From assembly GCA_015067945.1 (NCBI GenBank), contig SVLM01000004.1:37814-101813 (forward strand): a stretch of DNA of 64,000 bases, written 5' to 3'. Positions 10,087 to 18,260 of this stretch are shown here, piece after piece. The position numbers and the translations under genes are program-made. The notes beneath the pieces are model-generated. The model was not told the DNA's origin, did no database searches, and was given only the letters and a program-made list of their open reading frames with translations. Each line of letters starts with the position of its first letter. Within the stretch, counting starts at the first letter, position 1. This stretch comes from Oscillospiraceae bacterium. GTDB lineage: Bacteria > Bacillota > Clostridia > Oscillospirales > Oscillospiraceae.

Positions 10087-10589
10087 AGCGTATTGTTTGT
10101 ATGATTCTCTTGCTTTTGCTGTTTCTCCCCGGCTGCGATCCCCAAGAGGAGGTATTTGCGGAGCCGGTAGACTTCTATTATATGAAAGCCGATGTGGCCT
10201 ACTTCTCAGCCGAGGGTGTCATCGCCCGGGAAACCCGGGAGGCAGAAGGCTATCGACAGAATTATGAATATCTGCTGGGCCTTTATCTGCAAGGGCCGGA
10301 AAACCAGGAGCTGAAGCAGCTGTTTCCTCAATATGTCAAGCTTGTGGAGCTGGAAATATCGGACAGGGTTGCCACAGTAACCTTCAACGACACCTTTGCA
10401 CGGCTGACGGGTTTGGATTTAACCATCGCCTGTGCCTGCCTGACCGCCACCGTCTGTGATATGACTGGGGTGCAGTCCGTGACCATCCAGACGGAAAACC
10501 GACTTCTGGACGGCAACAAAAGCATTACCATGACCTGGGAGAATATTTTGCTGCTGGACAGCAATGCGGCAAACCTGATCAACAACTGA
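10083..10589 (+). CDS. GerMN-domain lipoprotein
   Basis: Lipobox LPGC; YLQGP..L..LFP, ATVTF, CLTATV..GVQSV.I. Confidence 0.75.
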   Translation: MKRIVCMILLLLLFLPGCDPQEEVFAEPVDFYYMKADVAYFSAEGVIARETREAEGYRQNYEYLLGLYLQGPENQELKQLFPQYVKLVELEISDRVATVTFNDTFARLTGLDLTIACACLTATVCDMTGVQSVTIQTENRLLDGNKSITMTWENILLLDSNAANLINN

Positions 10590-10596
10590 CCGGAGG

Positions 10597-11370
10597 GTGA
10601 ATATTTTGAAATTTATTTCGTGGAATGTAAACGGTCTGCGTGCCTGCGTGCAGAAAGGTTTTTTGGACTTTTTCCAAAGCGTGGATGCAGACTTCTTCTG
10701 CCTGCAGGAAACCAAGCTGCAGGAGGGTCAGATTGACCTTGAGCTTCCAGGCTATGAGCAATTTTGGTGCTACGCTGAAAAGAAGGGTTACTCCGGCACG
10801 GCGATCTTCGCCAAGCACGCACCGCTAAGTGTTCACTATGGCATTGATGTGCCGGAGCTGGACACCGAGGGCCGTGTGATTACTTTGGAGTATCCGGATT
10901 TTTATCTGGTGACCTGCTATACGCCCAACGCCCAACGGGAGCTGGCACGGCTCGACCATCGGATGAAATGGGAGGAAGCCTTCCGGGGTTATCTGCAGGA
11001 GCTGGATGAGACCAAGCCGGTCATTATGTGCGGCGATTTGAATGTTGCCCACAACGAAATTGACCTAAGAAATCCCAAGTCCAATCGGGGTAATGCAGGT
11101 TTTTCCGACGAGGAGCGGGGTGAATTCGGCAAGCTGCTGGCATCGGGCTTTACGGACTCTTTCCGGTATTTGCATCCAAATCAGACGGACGCCTACACCT
11201 GGTGGAGCTATATGTTTAACGCACGGGCTAAGAATGTAGGCTGGCGGATCGACTATTTTGTAGTATCTGACCGGCTGAAAGAAAAGATCCGCACCGCTGC
11301 CATCCATGCGGATGTGCTGGGTTCGGATCACTGCCCGGTGGAGTTGGAGTTGGAGCATGTTGTGTTATAA
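10597..11370 (+). CDS. xth: Exodeoxyribonuclease III / AP endonuclease
   Basis: SWNVNGLRA, LQETK, GYSG, GDLNVAH, GWRIDY, SDHCP. Confidence 0.95.
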   Translation: MNILKFISWNVNGLRACVQKGFLDFFQSVDADFFCLQETKLQEGQIDLELPGYEQFWCYAEKKGYSGTAIFAKHAPLSVHYGIDVPELDTEGRVITLEYPDFYLVTCYTPNAQRELARLDHRMKWEEAFRGYLQELDETKPVIMCGDLNVAHNEIDLRNPKSNRGNAGFSDEERGEFGKLLASGFTDSFRYLHPNQTDAYTWWSYMFNARAKNVGWRIDYFVVSDRLKEKIRTAAIHADVLGSDHCPVELELEHVVL

Positions 11371-11426
11371 CGAACATATCATGCGTAACACAACAAAATG
11401 TACAACTATTGAAAAATGGAGGTCTT

Positions 11427-13244
11427 ATGATGAAACAGCTTCAATCGCTACTGGTTCTGCTCGTAATTTTCGCAATGCTGCTGCCGAGTTGTGCGGCACC
11501 CTCCCAGGAGCTTGCGATAGAGCCAACAACTGTACCTACTACCGAAACCACCACCGCTCCTACGGAGCATGTCCATGTATGGAAAACTGAGATCATCCCA
11601 CCCACAGATTATGCCCGGGGCTATACGGCAGAGGTTTGCACTGGTTGCTGTGAGATTTCGAATCCCCGAGACTATGTGGATCCTATCGGCGAGTTTGAAG
11701 CCGGCACATTTGTTGTGGGAACGGACGGTATTGCAAGACTGTACGGCGAAAATAATACCATCACCAACTCGTACAGCTGGAATCCTGTGGGCTATACAAA
11801 CGCTGCTCCGTGGGACAATGAACGCAAGAGCATTATCCGTGTCATCATTCCGGACGGCATTACCGGCATTGGCGAAATAGCGTTCCGTGGCTGCTCCAGC
11901 TTGACCAGCATTATCATCCCTGACAGTGTCACCCGCATTGGCCGTGATGCGTTCTGTGGCTGCTCCAGCTTAGCCAGCGTAACCATTGGTAGCGGTGTCA
12001 CCAGTATTGCCGATTATGCGTTCATTGGCTGCACCAGCCTGACCACCATCACCATCCCCGACAGTGTCACCAGCATTGGCGATTATACATTCTCTGGCTG
12101 TGACAATTTGTCCTACAATGTGTATGATAACGCTAAATATCTTGGCAATGAGGCAAATAAATATATGGTTTTGGTTGAGACTAACTCCACCGACATAACG
12201 GATTGTCAAATCAACCCCAATACAAAGATTATCGGTGACAGAGCGTTCGAGGACGCCTACAACCTGACTAGCGTTTTCGTCCCCAACAGTGTCACCAGCA
12301 TTGGCAGGCATGCGTTCAGGGGCTGCACCAGCCTGACCAGCATTTCCGTTCCTGACAGTGTCACCCTTATTGCCGATTATGCGTTCATTGGCTGCACCAG
12401 CCTGACCACCATCACCATCCCCGACAGTGTCACCAGCATTGGCTTTGGGGCGTTCTCTTACTGCACCAGCCTGACCAGCATTTCCGTTCCTAACAGTGTC
12501 ACCCTTATTGCCAATTATGCGTTCATTGGCTGCACCAGCCTGACCACCATCACCATCCCCGACAGCGTCACCAGCATTGGCGAGCATGCATTCTCTGGCT
12601 GCGACAATTTATCCTACAATGTGTATGATAACGCAAAATACCTTGGCAATGCGGCAAATAAATATATGGCTTTGGTTGAGACTAACTCCACCGACATAAC
12701 GAATTGTCAAATCAACCCCAATACAAAGATTATCGGTGCTGGTGCGTTCAATGGCTGCACCAGCCTGACCAGCATTACCATCCCGGACGGTGTCACCAGC
12801 ATTGACAGTTCTACGTTCTATGAGTGCAACAAGCTGACCAGTGTAACCATTGGCAACGGTGTTACTACCATTGACAATCATGCGTTCCATGAATGCACCA
12901 GCTTGACCAGCATTACTATTCCTGACAGTGTCATCCGCATTGGCCAACATGCGTTCTATGGTTGCTCCAGCCTGACCAGCGTAACCATCGGTAACGGTGT
13001 TACCACCATTGGCTTATGGGCGTTTTCAGGCTGCCGCAGCCTGACTAACGTTGTGATTCCTGACAGCGTTACCAGCATTGGCTATGAAGCGTTCACTGGC
13101 TGCACCAGCCTGACCGGCATTTCCTATAACGGTACTGTTGAACAGTGGCAAAGTGTGACCAAAGCCGACGGATGGATCGATTTCGAAGAGGTGCCTGCAA
13201 GCTATGTGCAGTGCACCGACGGAACTGCGGATAAAATTTTCTGA
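11427..13244 (+). CDS. BspA/TpLRR-type leucine-rich-repeat surface lipoprotein
   Basis: Lipobox LPSC; T/P-rich linker; many 23-aa CxSLTSITIPDSVTSIGxxAF repeats. Confidence 0.92.
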   Translation: MMKQLQSLLVLLVIFAMLLPSCAAPSQELAIEPTTVPTTETTTAPTEHVHVWKTEIIPPTDYARGYTAEVCTGCCEISNPRDYVDPIGEFEAGTFVVGTDGIARLYGENNTITNSYSWNPVGYTNAAPWDNERKSIIRVIIPDGITGIGEIAFRGCSSLTSIIIPDSVTRIGRDAFCGCSSLASVTIGSGVTSIADYAFIGCTSLTTITIPDSVTSIGDYTFSGCDNLSYNVYDNAKYLGNEANKYMVLVETNSTDITDCQINPNTKIIGDRAFEDAYNLTSVFVPNSVTSIGRHAFRGCTSLTSISVPDSVTLIADYAFIGCTSLTTITIPDSVTSIGFGAFSYCTSLTSISVPNSVTLIANYAFIGCTSLTTITIPDSVTSIGEHAFSGCDNLSYNVYDNAKYLGNAANKYMALVETNSTDITNCQINPNTKIIGAGAFNGCTSLTSITIPDGVTSIDSSTFYECNKLTSVTIGNGVTTIDNHAFHECTSLTSITIPDSVIRIGQHAFYGCSSLTSVTIGNGVTTIGLWAFSGCRSLTNVVIPDSVTSIGYEAFTGCTSLTGISYNGTVEQWQSVTKADGWIDFEEVPASYVQCTDGTADKIF

Positions 13245-13254
13245 CACTACAAAC

Positions 13255-13282
13255 AAAAAGCCGCCCGATGGGCGGCTTTTTG
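13255..13282. terminator. Bidirectional terminator
   Basis: AAAAAGCCGCCC-gat-GGGCGGCTTTTT. Confidence 0.85.
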
Positions 13283-13292
13283 TTTGGTTATA

Positions 13293-14165
13293 TCAGTTGA
13301 CGACTGTCTTGTCCTTCTTGGAAAACCGTGCTTTCAGATTCTTGCAATCTGTCTTCAGGGATTTGGCATCAAAGATCATGGACAAGCCGAAGGCCATGGG
13401 GGTGACCAGCACATAGGCCGGGACGATGATCCAGAACCAGGGCCAATACTTTTCCTGGCCGGCAAATTCGCCAACGGGAACGGTCTTGAAGAAATCGGGG
13501 GTGAAGGTTGCCAGGAATTTGCCAATGCCATCCGGCAGATCGGGGCCCCAGATGTAAGAAGTATTCTTAAAGTTAACATCGAAGAAATTGCTGTCACGCA
13601 GCGGAATAAAGCCCAACTCCGCCTGGAATATCTGATTGAGCATAATGAACAGCATCAGAAGCAGCAAACCCGTGGGAGCCACAAGAATCCGCTTGTAGGA
13701 CAGCTTGTGGTGGCCAAACAGCACCATCAGCAACGGCACTGCCAAAACCATCCAATGGTGGTAGTAGAATCGGATGATGTCCAACTGCTCTGCACTCTGA
13801 TCTACCTTCGCGATGGGCTCCTGAGGATAAAAGAGAGCGATCAGGCCACTGATGACACCGATGTAGAACATGTAGTCCTTGATCTTTTCGTTCTTGGAAA
13901 AGAAGAAGAACGGAAACAGTGCAATGTTCGCACCGCAGATGTTGACAAACCAGCTATCGCGAAGCATTCTGGCTTCGTCCACGGAATAAGGGGGAATATA
14001 CACCTTCAGGAAATGCAGGGCAAGGCCCAATGCCAGCAGGCCGAACAGCACCGCCTTTTGGGTAAACGCAGTTTTATTTCGCAGTAGGAAATAAAGACCT
14101 GTGATCGCACCGGCACTGAGAATCAGCCAGAAGAAATACCAACCGTTTAACATTGCGATAAACAT
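13293..14165 (-). CDS. YwaF-like integral membrane protein
   Basis: About 7 TM segments; NIC, RFYYHH; TTGACA-17-TAAAAT promoter upstream. Confidence 0.65.
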   Translation of the reverse strand: MFIAMLNGWYFFWLILSAGAITGLYFLLRNKTAFTQKAVLFGLLALGLALHFLKVYIPPYSVDEARMLRDSWFVNICGANIALFPFFFFSKNEKIKDYMFYIGVISGLIALFYPQEPIAKVDQSAEQLDIIRFYYHHWMVLAVPLLMVLFGHHKLSYKRILVAPTGLLLLMLFIMLNQIFQAELGFIPLRDSNFFDVNFKNTSYIWGPDLPDGIGKFLATFTPDFFKTVPVGEFAGQEKYWPWFWIIVPAYVLVTPMAFGLSMIFDAKSLKTDCKNLKARFSKKDKTVVN

Positions 14166-14297
14166 ATTTGCAACCTCTTTCTCTCACAGTTTTGTCATGG
14201 TAAAATTTTACTGTGTGAGAAAAGTAATGTCAACGGAATTAAAAAACTCTTAAGACTTGACCCGGTTTAAGAAAAGCTTAACAGAGGCAGTATGCGG

Positions 14298-14681
14298 TCA
14301 TTCCCGGATCACGATCCCGATTTGCTGACCCCGGTGCTGCAGATAGGCATTTTTCAGCCGGGAAAGGTAAGCAAAGGGTTCTTCGGGGCTTATGGGCACG
14401 AAGGTTTCCCGGAGCTCACTATGTTTCGGTACGACCCGAATTGTAGGTTTTCCCGCTTCAAAACGGCTAACCGGAAGAGCCTTATTCAGTACAAATGCAC
14501 CGCCCTCCGGTACCGGGATTCCAAGATTCTCCGTGATATCGCCGCAGGTGACTTCCAGACGGCAGATTGCCTTCCCCGTCATCTGCAATCGACATAAAAA
14601 ATGATAGTAAAGTCCCCGGCGTGTCACCCGAGCCTGTCCCACAGGCTGATCCCCATGCAAAATCGGATATATGCCTTCCAT
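14298..14681 (-). CDS. Hypothetical protein, possibly under a mother-cell sigma promoter
   Basis: RBS AAGGGAG; ATA-16-CATACCT (SigE-like) upstream. Confidence 0.65.
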   Translation of the reverse strand: MEGIYPILHGDQPVGQARVTRRGLYYHFLCRLQMTGKAICRLEVTCGDITENLGIPVPEGGAFVLNKALPVSRFEAGKPTIRVVPKHSELRETFVPISPEEPFAYLSRLKNAYLQHRGQQIGIVIRE

Positions 14682-14733
14682 AAAAAAACAGCTCCCTTCT
14701 GTCATCAAGGTATGCCGCAGAAGGGAGCGATAT

Positions 14734-15096
14734 TCATGTTACGCCGTCATTGAGCCCAAAGCTCACGGCGATGGCCTCGTTGACCTGGGACATATGGGTA
14801 TCATCCAGATGTCCCATATGCTCCCGCAGGCGGCGTTTGTCGATGGTGCGGATCTGCTCTAAGAGGATAACAGAATCCTTGCTCAAGCCTACGCTGCCTC
14901 CGGCAATATTGATATGGGTGGGAAGCCGGGCTTTTCCTGTCTGGGAAGTGATTGCCGCAGCAATCACTGTGGGAGAATGGCGGTTGCCGGTGTCATTTTG
15001 CACGATCAGCACCGGCCTGGTGCCACCCTGCTCACTGCCCACCACCGGCGACAGATCCGCATAGAATATATCCCCCCGTTTTACCGTGGTATCCAT
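14734..15096 (-). CDS. ndoA: PemK/MazF-family endoribonuclease (EndoA-like)
   Basis: KRGDIFYADLSPVVGSEQGGTRPVLIVQND.GN, LPTH, LLEQIRTIDK.RL. Confidence 0.93.
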   Translation of the reverse strand: MDTTVKRGDIFYADLSPVVGSEQGGTRPVLIVQNDTGNRHSPTVIAAAITSQTGKARLPTHINIAGGSVGLSKDSVILLEQIRTIDKRRLREHMGHLDDTHMSQVNEAIAVSFGLNDGVT

Positions 15097-15234
15097 GTAT
15101 CTCACACTCCGAAGAAATCTGCCGGCGTTACCGGATAAATTCCTATGTAACGCCTTCGAGAGTATTCTCCCACGGCGAATAGGAGTTTATACGGCTTAAC
15201 CTTCGAAATATCCTATGCTTCGGAATGCAATATG

Positions 15235-15792
15235 CTACACAAATGTAAAATTAGTGACATCCATCGACAAAAGTCTTCTGCCCTGCCACAAAATCTCCGC
15301 CCGGATGGGTAAATCATCACTGCCCAGCCAAATATCCAGGTGCAGGGCGTCGTCGGCATAGCTGTCATCCACCGCCAGCCGCAGGAGGTCCCCCTCCTTC
15401 CCGCAGGAGGTCAGATATCCGCTGTGCAGAGCCTTCATGAATATCCAGGGAGCACTGACGGGCGACAGCTGACCATCGGCCAGCAGATCAAAGGCCACCG
15501 CCTGACCGTCAAATGTCAGTTTGCCGGAGCCGGCACGGATGGTGCCGGTCACATCCCGGATACTTTGGGGTTCGGTGACGGTAAAGATCACATTCCCCTG
15601 AGTGTCTGTCTGGCAGGATAACGAAAAGCTATGCACTGCGTCACCGTAGTCCGCAGTGATATGGGCATCAAAAATAACCGGCTGGGCAAGGAGCTTGGAC
15701 CGCAGGGCCATGGCCCGATCCAGTTCCGAACCCTGACCTGCACAGCCGGAAATGGTAAATAGCATCAGCACAATTGCCAGAATCCGTTTCAT
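15235..15792 (-). CDS. LolA-like (YdcC-type) lipoprotein
   Basis: Lipobox ISGC; lies between nnrD and ndoA, as in the conserved Bacillota locus. Confidence 0.6.
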   Translation of the reverse strand: MKRILAIVLMLFTISGCAGQGSELDRAMALRSKLLAQPVIFDAHITADYGDAVHSFSLSCQTDTQGNVIFTVTEPQSIRDVTGTIRAGSGKLTFDGQAVAFDLLADGQLSPVSAPWIFMKALHSGYLTSCGKEGDLLRLAVDDSYADDALHLDIWLGSDDLPIRAEILWQGRRLLSMDVTNFTFV

Positions 15793-15804
15793 GTAACAAC
15801 CGCC

Positions 15805-16644
15805 TTATTTCATAAGTCGCGGAAGCACCTCCAAAAGGTCACTGGGCAGCATACCGTACTGTCCGATAGTTTTGGCACATTCATCCCCTGCCGCCCCATG
15901 AAGCCATGCTCCGCAGGCTGCTGCCGTCAGGGGTTCTATGCCCTGACCAATCAGGCTTACAATGATACCCGCCAAAACATCACCGCTGCCGCCGGTGGCC
16001 ATTCCCGGATTGCCGGTGGGGTTTTGGTAGCAGATTGACCCATCGGTAACCAGGGTTTCATGGCCTTTCAACAACAGGATACAGCCAAATTCCCGGGCAA
16101 AGGACATTGCCTCGGTAGATCGGTTCTGCCCCGGATAACCCCAGCGGGCAAATTCCCCGGCATGGGGTGTGAGGACTGTAGGAGCGTGCCTTTCGCGCAG
16201 TATATCCTTATGTGCGGCAAGCAGGTTTATGCCATCGGCATCCAGCACCACGGGACAGGCTGCGTTTTCGAGAACGGCTTTGGTTACGGCAAGCGTGCCG
16301 TCAGATTGTCCCAAACCACAGCCGATGAGGACTGCGTCCATTTGCGGAAGTCGCTGTAAAATTTCATCTGCTGCGTGGATGCTGAGTTTTCCGTCCGTAT
16401 CCGGCAGCGGAAAGACGATGGCTTCATTCAGTTTTATCGCTTCAATGGCATAGATGCTTTCCGGTACGCCAAGAAACACCAAGCCGGCACCGCTGCGTAA
16501 GGCACCCATGGCGGCCAATGCCGCTGCTCCGGGATAGCCCCGGCTGCCGCAGAGCAGCAAAATGCGACCGTAATCGCCCTTGTGGGAATTGGGTTTGCGG
16601 TCGGGCAAATGGGACAAAACCGCTTTATGATCCAGTATTTTCAT
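15805..16644 (-). CDS. nnrD: ADP-dependent NAD(P)H-hydrate dehydratase
   Basis: HKGDYG, GAGLV, VLDADG, LTPHAGEF, GMATGGSGDVLAG, HGAAGD. Confidence 0.93.
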   Translation of the reverse strand: MKILDHKAVLSHLPDRKPNSHKGDYGRILLLCGSRGYPGAAALAAMGALRSGAGLVFLGVPESIYAIEAIKLNEAIVFPLPDTDGKLSIHAADEILQRLPQMDAVLIGCGLGQSDGTLAVTKAVLENAACPVVLDADGINLLAAHKDILRERHAPTVLTPHAGEFARWGYPGQNRSTEAMSFAREFGCILLLKGHETLVTDGSICYQNPTGNPGMATGGSGDVLAGIIVSLIGQGIEPLTAAACGAWLHGAAGDECAKTIGQYGMLPSDLLEVLPRLMK

Positions 16645-16755
16645 GGTATCACCTCTTGGGGTTATGGTAGCAAAAAAGGGTTAATGCGTCAAGAGGCGTT
16701 GCTCGAGGTGACTGGGTAGGAGCATAAATGCTTCTCCTTGAGAAGAAGGCATGAG

Positions 16756-16848
16756 CGGACGAGCGATGATAAGCCCCTACACGCACGATCGTGGGTAAAT
16801 GTAGGGCAGCCATTGGCCGTCCGCGGGCGATTCGTGAATCGCCCCTAC
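16756..16848. repeat. 93-bp GTAG-type REP (REPIN-like) module, copy A
   Basis: CGGACGAGCGATG..GCCCCTAC, spacer, GTAG..CCATTGGCCGTCCGCGGGCGATTCGTGAATCGCCCCTAC; homologous to 47175-47267. Confidence 0.8.
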
Positions 16849-16919
16849 TAAGGACGCAAAAGAATAAAATAACACTTGCATTTTTTGTATGGATATGGTA
16901 ATATTCGTAAGGATATGCA

Positions 16920-17180
16920 AAAGCGATGATTGGGTCGCCTTATACTGATGAACACAGCTTCAGCGAATGCGGGATGGTGGGAGCCGCTTAGGTGCAGTAT
17001 CGGGCTTTCCCCCAGGAGCTGCGGTCTGAAATTACAGTAGGATCTGCCGCGTGACTGCGTTAAACGTCTTGGACGTGTTTGCGTCTGAAAAGTGCGCCAT
17101 TTGGCGAATTGCGGGTGGTACCGCGGAAGGATAATCCTTTCGTCCCGATTGCTGGGATGGAAGGATATTTTTTATTTTAA
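16920..17180 (+). ncRNA. T-box riboswitch (Phe)
   Basis: TTGCAT-17-TAATAT promoter; specifier TTC at 17007-17009; T-box GGGTGGTACCGCG at 17113-17125; terminator with U-tract; precedes pheS. Confidence 0.93.
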
Positions 17181-17203
17181 ATTACCTTTTAGGAGGAGCA
17201 AAT

Positions 17204-18247
17204 ATGAAACAACAACTGGAAAACATCCGGCTGCAGGCACTTTCCAGCCTGGATGCTGCCAATTCCCCTGCCGAGCTGGAGGAACTCCGGGTCAAATGGC
17301 TGGGCAAAAAGGGCGAGCTGACCGCCGTCCTGAAGATGATGGGCAAGCTGTCTGCCGAGGAGCGTCCCATTATGGGTCAGATGGCCAACTCCGTCCGTGC
17401 GGAGATCGAAGAAAAGCTGGAAAGCCGCAAGGCTCAAATCGGTGCGGCCGTGTTGGAAGCCAAGCTGGCTGCAGAAGCCATTGATGTGACCATTCCCGGT
17501 GAGGCTGTGACTTTGGGGCATCAGCACCCCATGAACATGGTGCTGCAGGAGGTTAAGGATATCTTCGTGGGTCTGGGCTATCAGGTTGTAGACGGTCCCG
17601 AAGTGGAGCTTGCAGACTACAACTTCACCCGGCTGAACATTGAAGATGGTCACCCCTCCCGTGACCGCAGCGACACCTTCTATTTTACCGATGACGATTC
17701 CGTTCTGCTGCGGACCCAGACCAGTCCCATGCAGATCCGCTTTATGGAAAACCACAAGCCCCCCTTCTGCATGCTGGCTCCCGGCCGTGTGTTCCGTAAG
17801 GACGAGGCAGACGCAACCCACTCCCCCATGTTCCATCAGATCGAGGGTCTGGTGGTGGACGAACATATCACCATGGGCGACCTCAAGGGTGCATTGATCT
17901 CTATGATGCGTAAAATCTACGGTGCGGATTCCGAAATGCGTTTCCGCCCCCACCACTTCCCCTTCACCGAGCCCAGCTGCGAAATGGACATGCAGTGCCA
18001 CAAGTGCCACGGCACCGGTGAGATCGACGGTCAGGTCTGCTCCACCTGCCACGGTGAGGGCTGGATCGAGCTGCTGGGTGCCGGCATGGTACACCCCAAG
18101 GTTCTGGAAAGCTGCGGCATTGACCCCGAGAAGTACTCCGGCTTCGCCTTCGGCATGGGTCTGGAGCGCATGGCTATGGGCCGTATGCGGATCAACGACC
18201 TGCGTTTGATCTTCGACAACGACGTGCGGTTCCTCAACCAGTTCTAA
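17204..18247 (+). CDS. pheS: Phenylalanyl-tRNA synthetase alpha subunit
   Basis: HP.R..DTFY, LLRTQTSP.Q, HSPMFHQIEG, FPFTEPS, GFAFGMGLER. Confidence 0.98.
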   Translation: MKQQLENIRLQALSSLDAANSPAELEELRVKWLGKKGELTAVLKMMGKLSAEERPIMGQMANSVRAEIEEKLESRKAQIGAAVLEAKLAAEAIDVTIPGEAVTLGHQHPMNMVLQEVKDIFVGLGYQVVDGPEVELADYNFTRLNIEDGHPSRDRSDTFYFTDDDSVLLRTQTSPMQIRFMENHKPPFCMLAPGRVFRKDEADATHSPMFHQIEGLVVDEHITMGDLKGALISMMRKIYGADSEMRFRPHHFPFTEPSCEMDMQCHKCHGTGEIDGQVCSTCHGEGWIELLGAGMVHPKVLESCGIDPEKYSGFAFGMGLERMAMGRMRINDLRLIFDNDVRFLNQF

Positions 18248-18260
18248 GGAGGGAATTTCT

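Noticed and set aside
11427-13244. LRR repeats as a DGR template/variable region pair
   Set aside because: No reverse transcriptase in the window; both copies are coding, and the differences are not adenine-specific
17990-18065. CxxCxG..CxxCxG zinc-finger insert in PheS
   Set aside because: A common feature of Bacillota PheS
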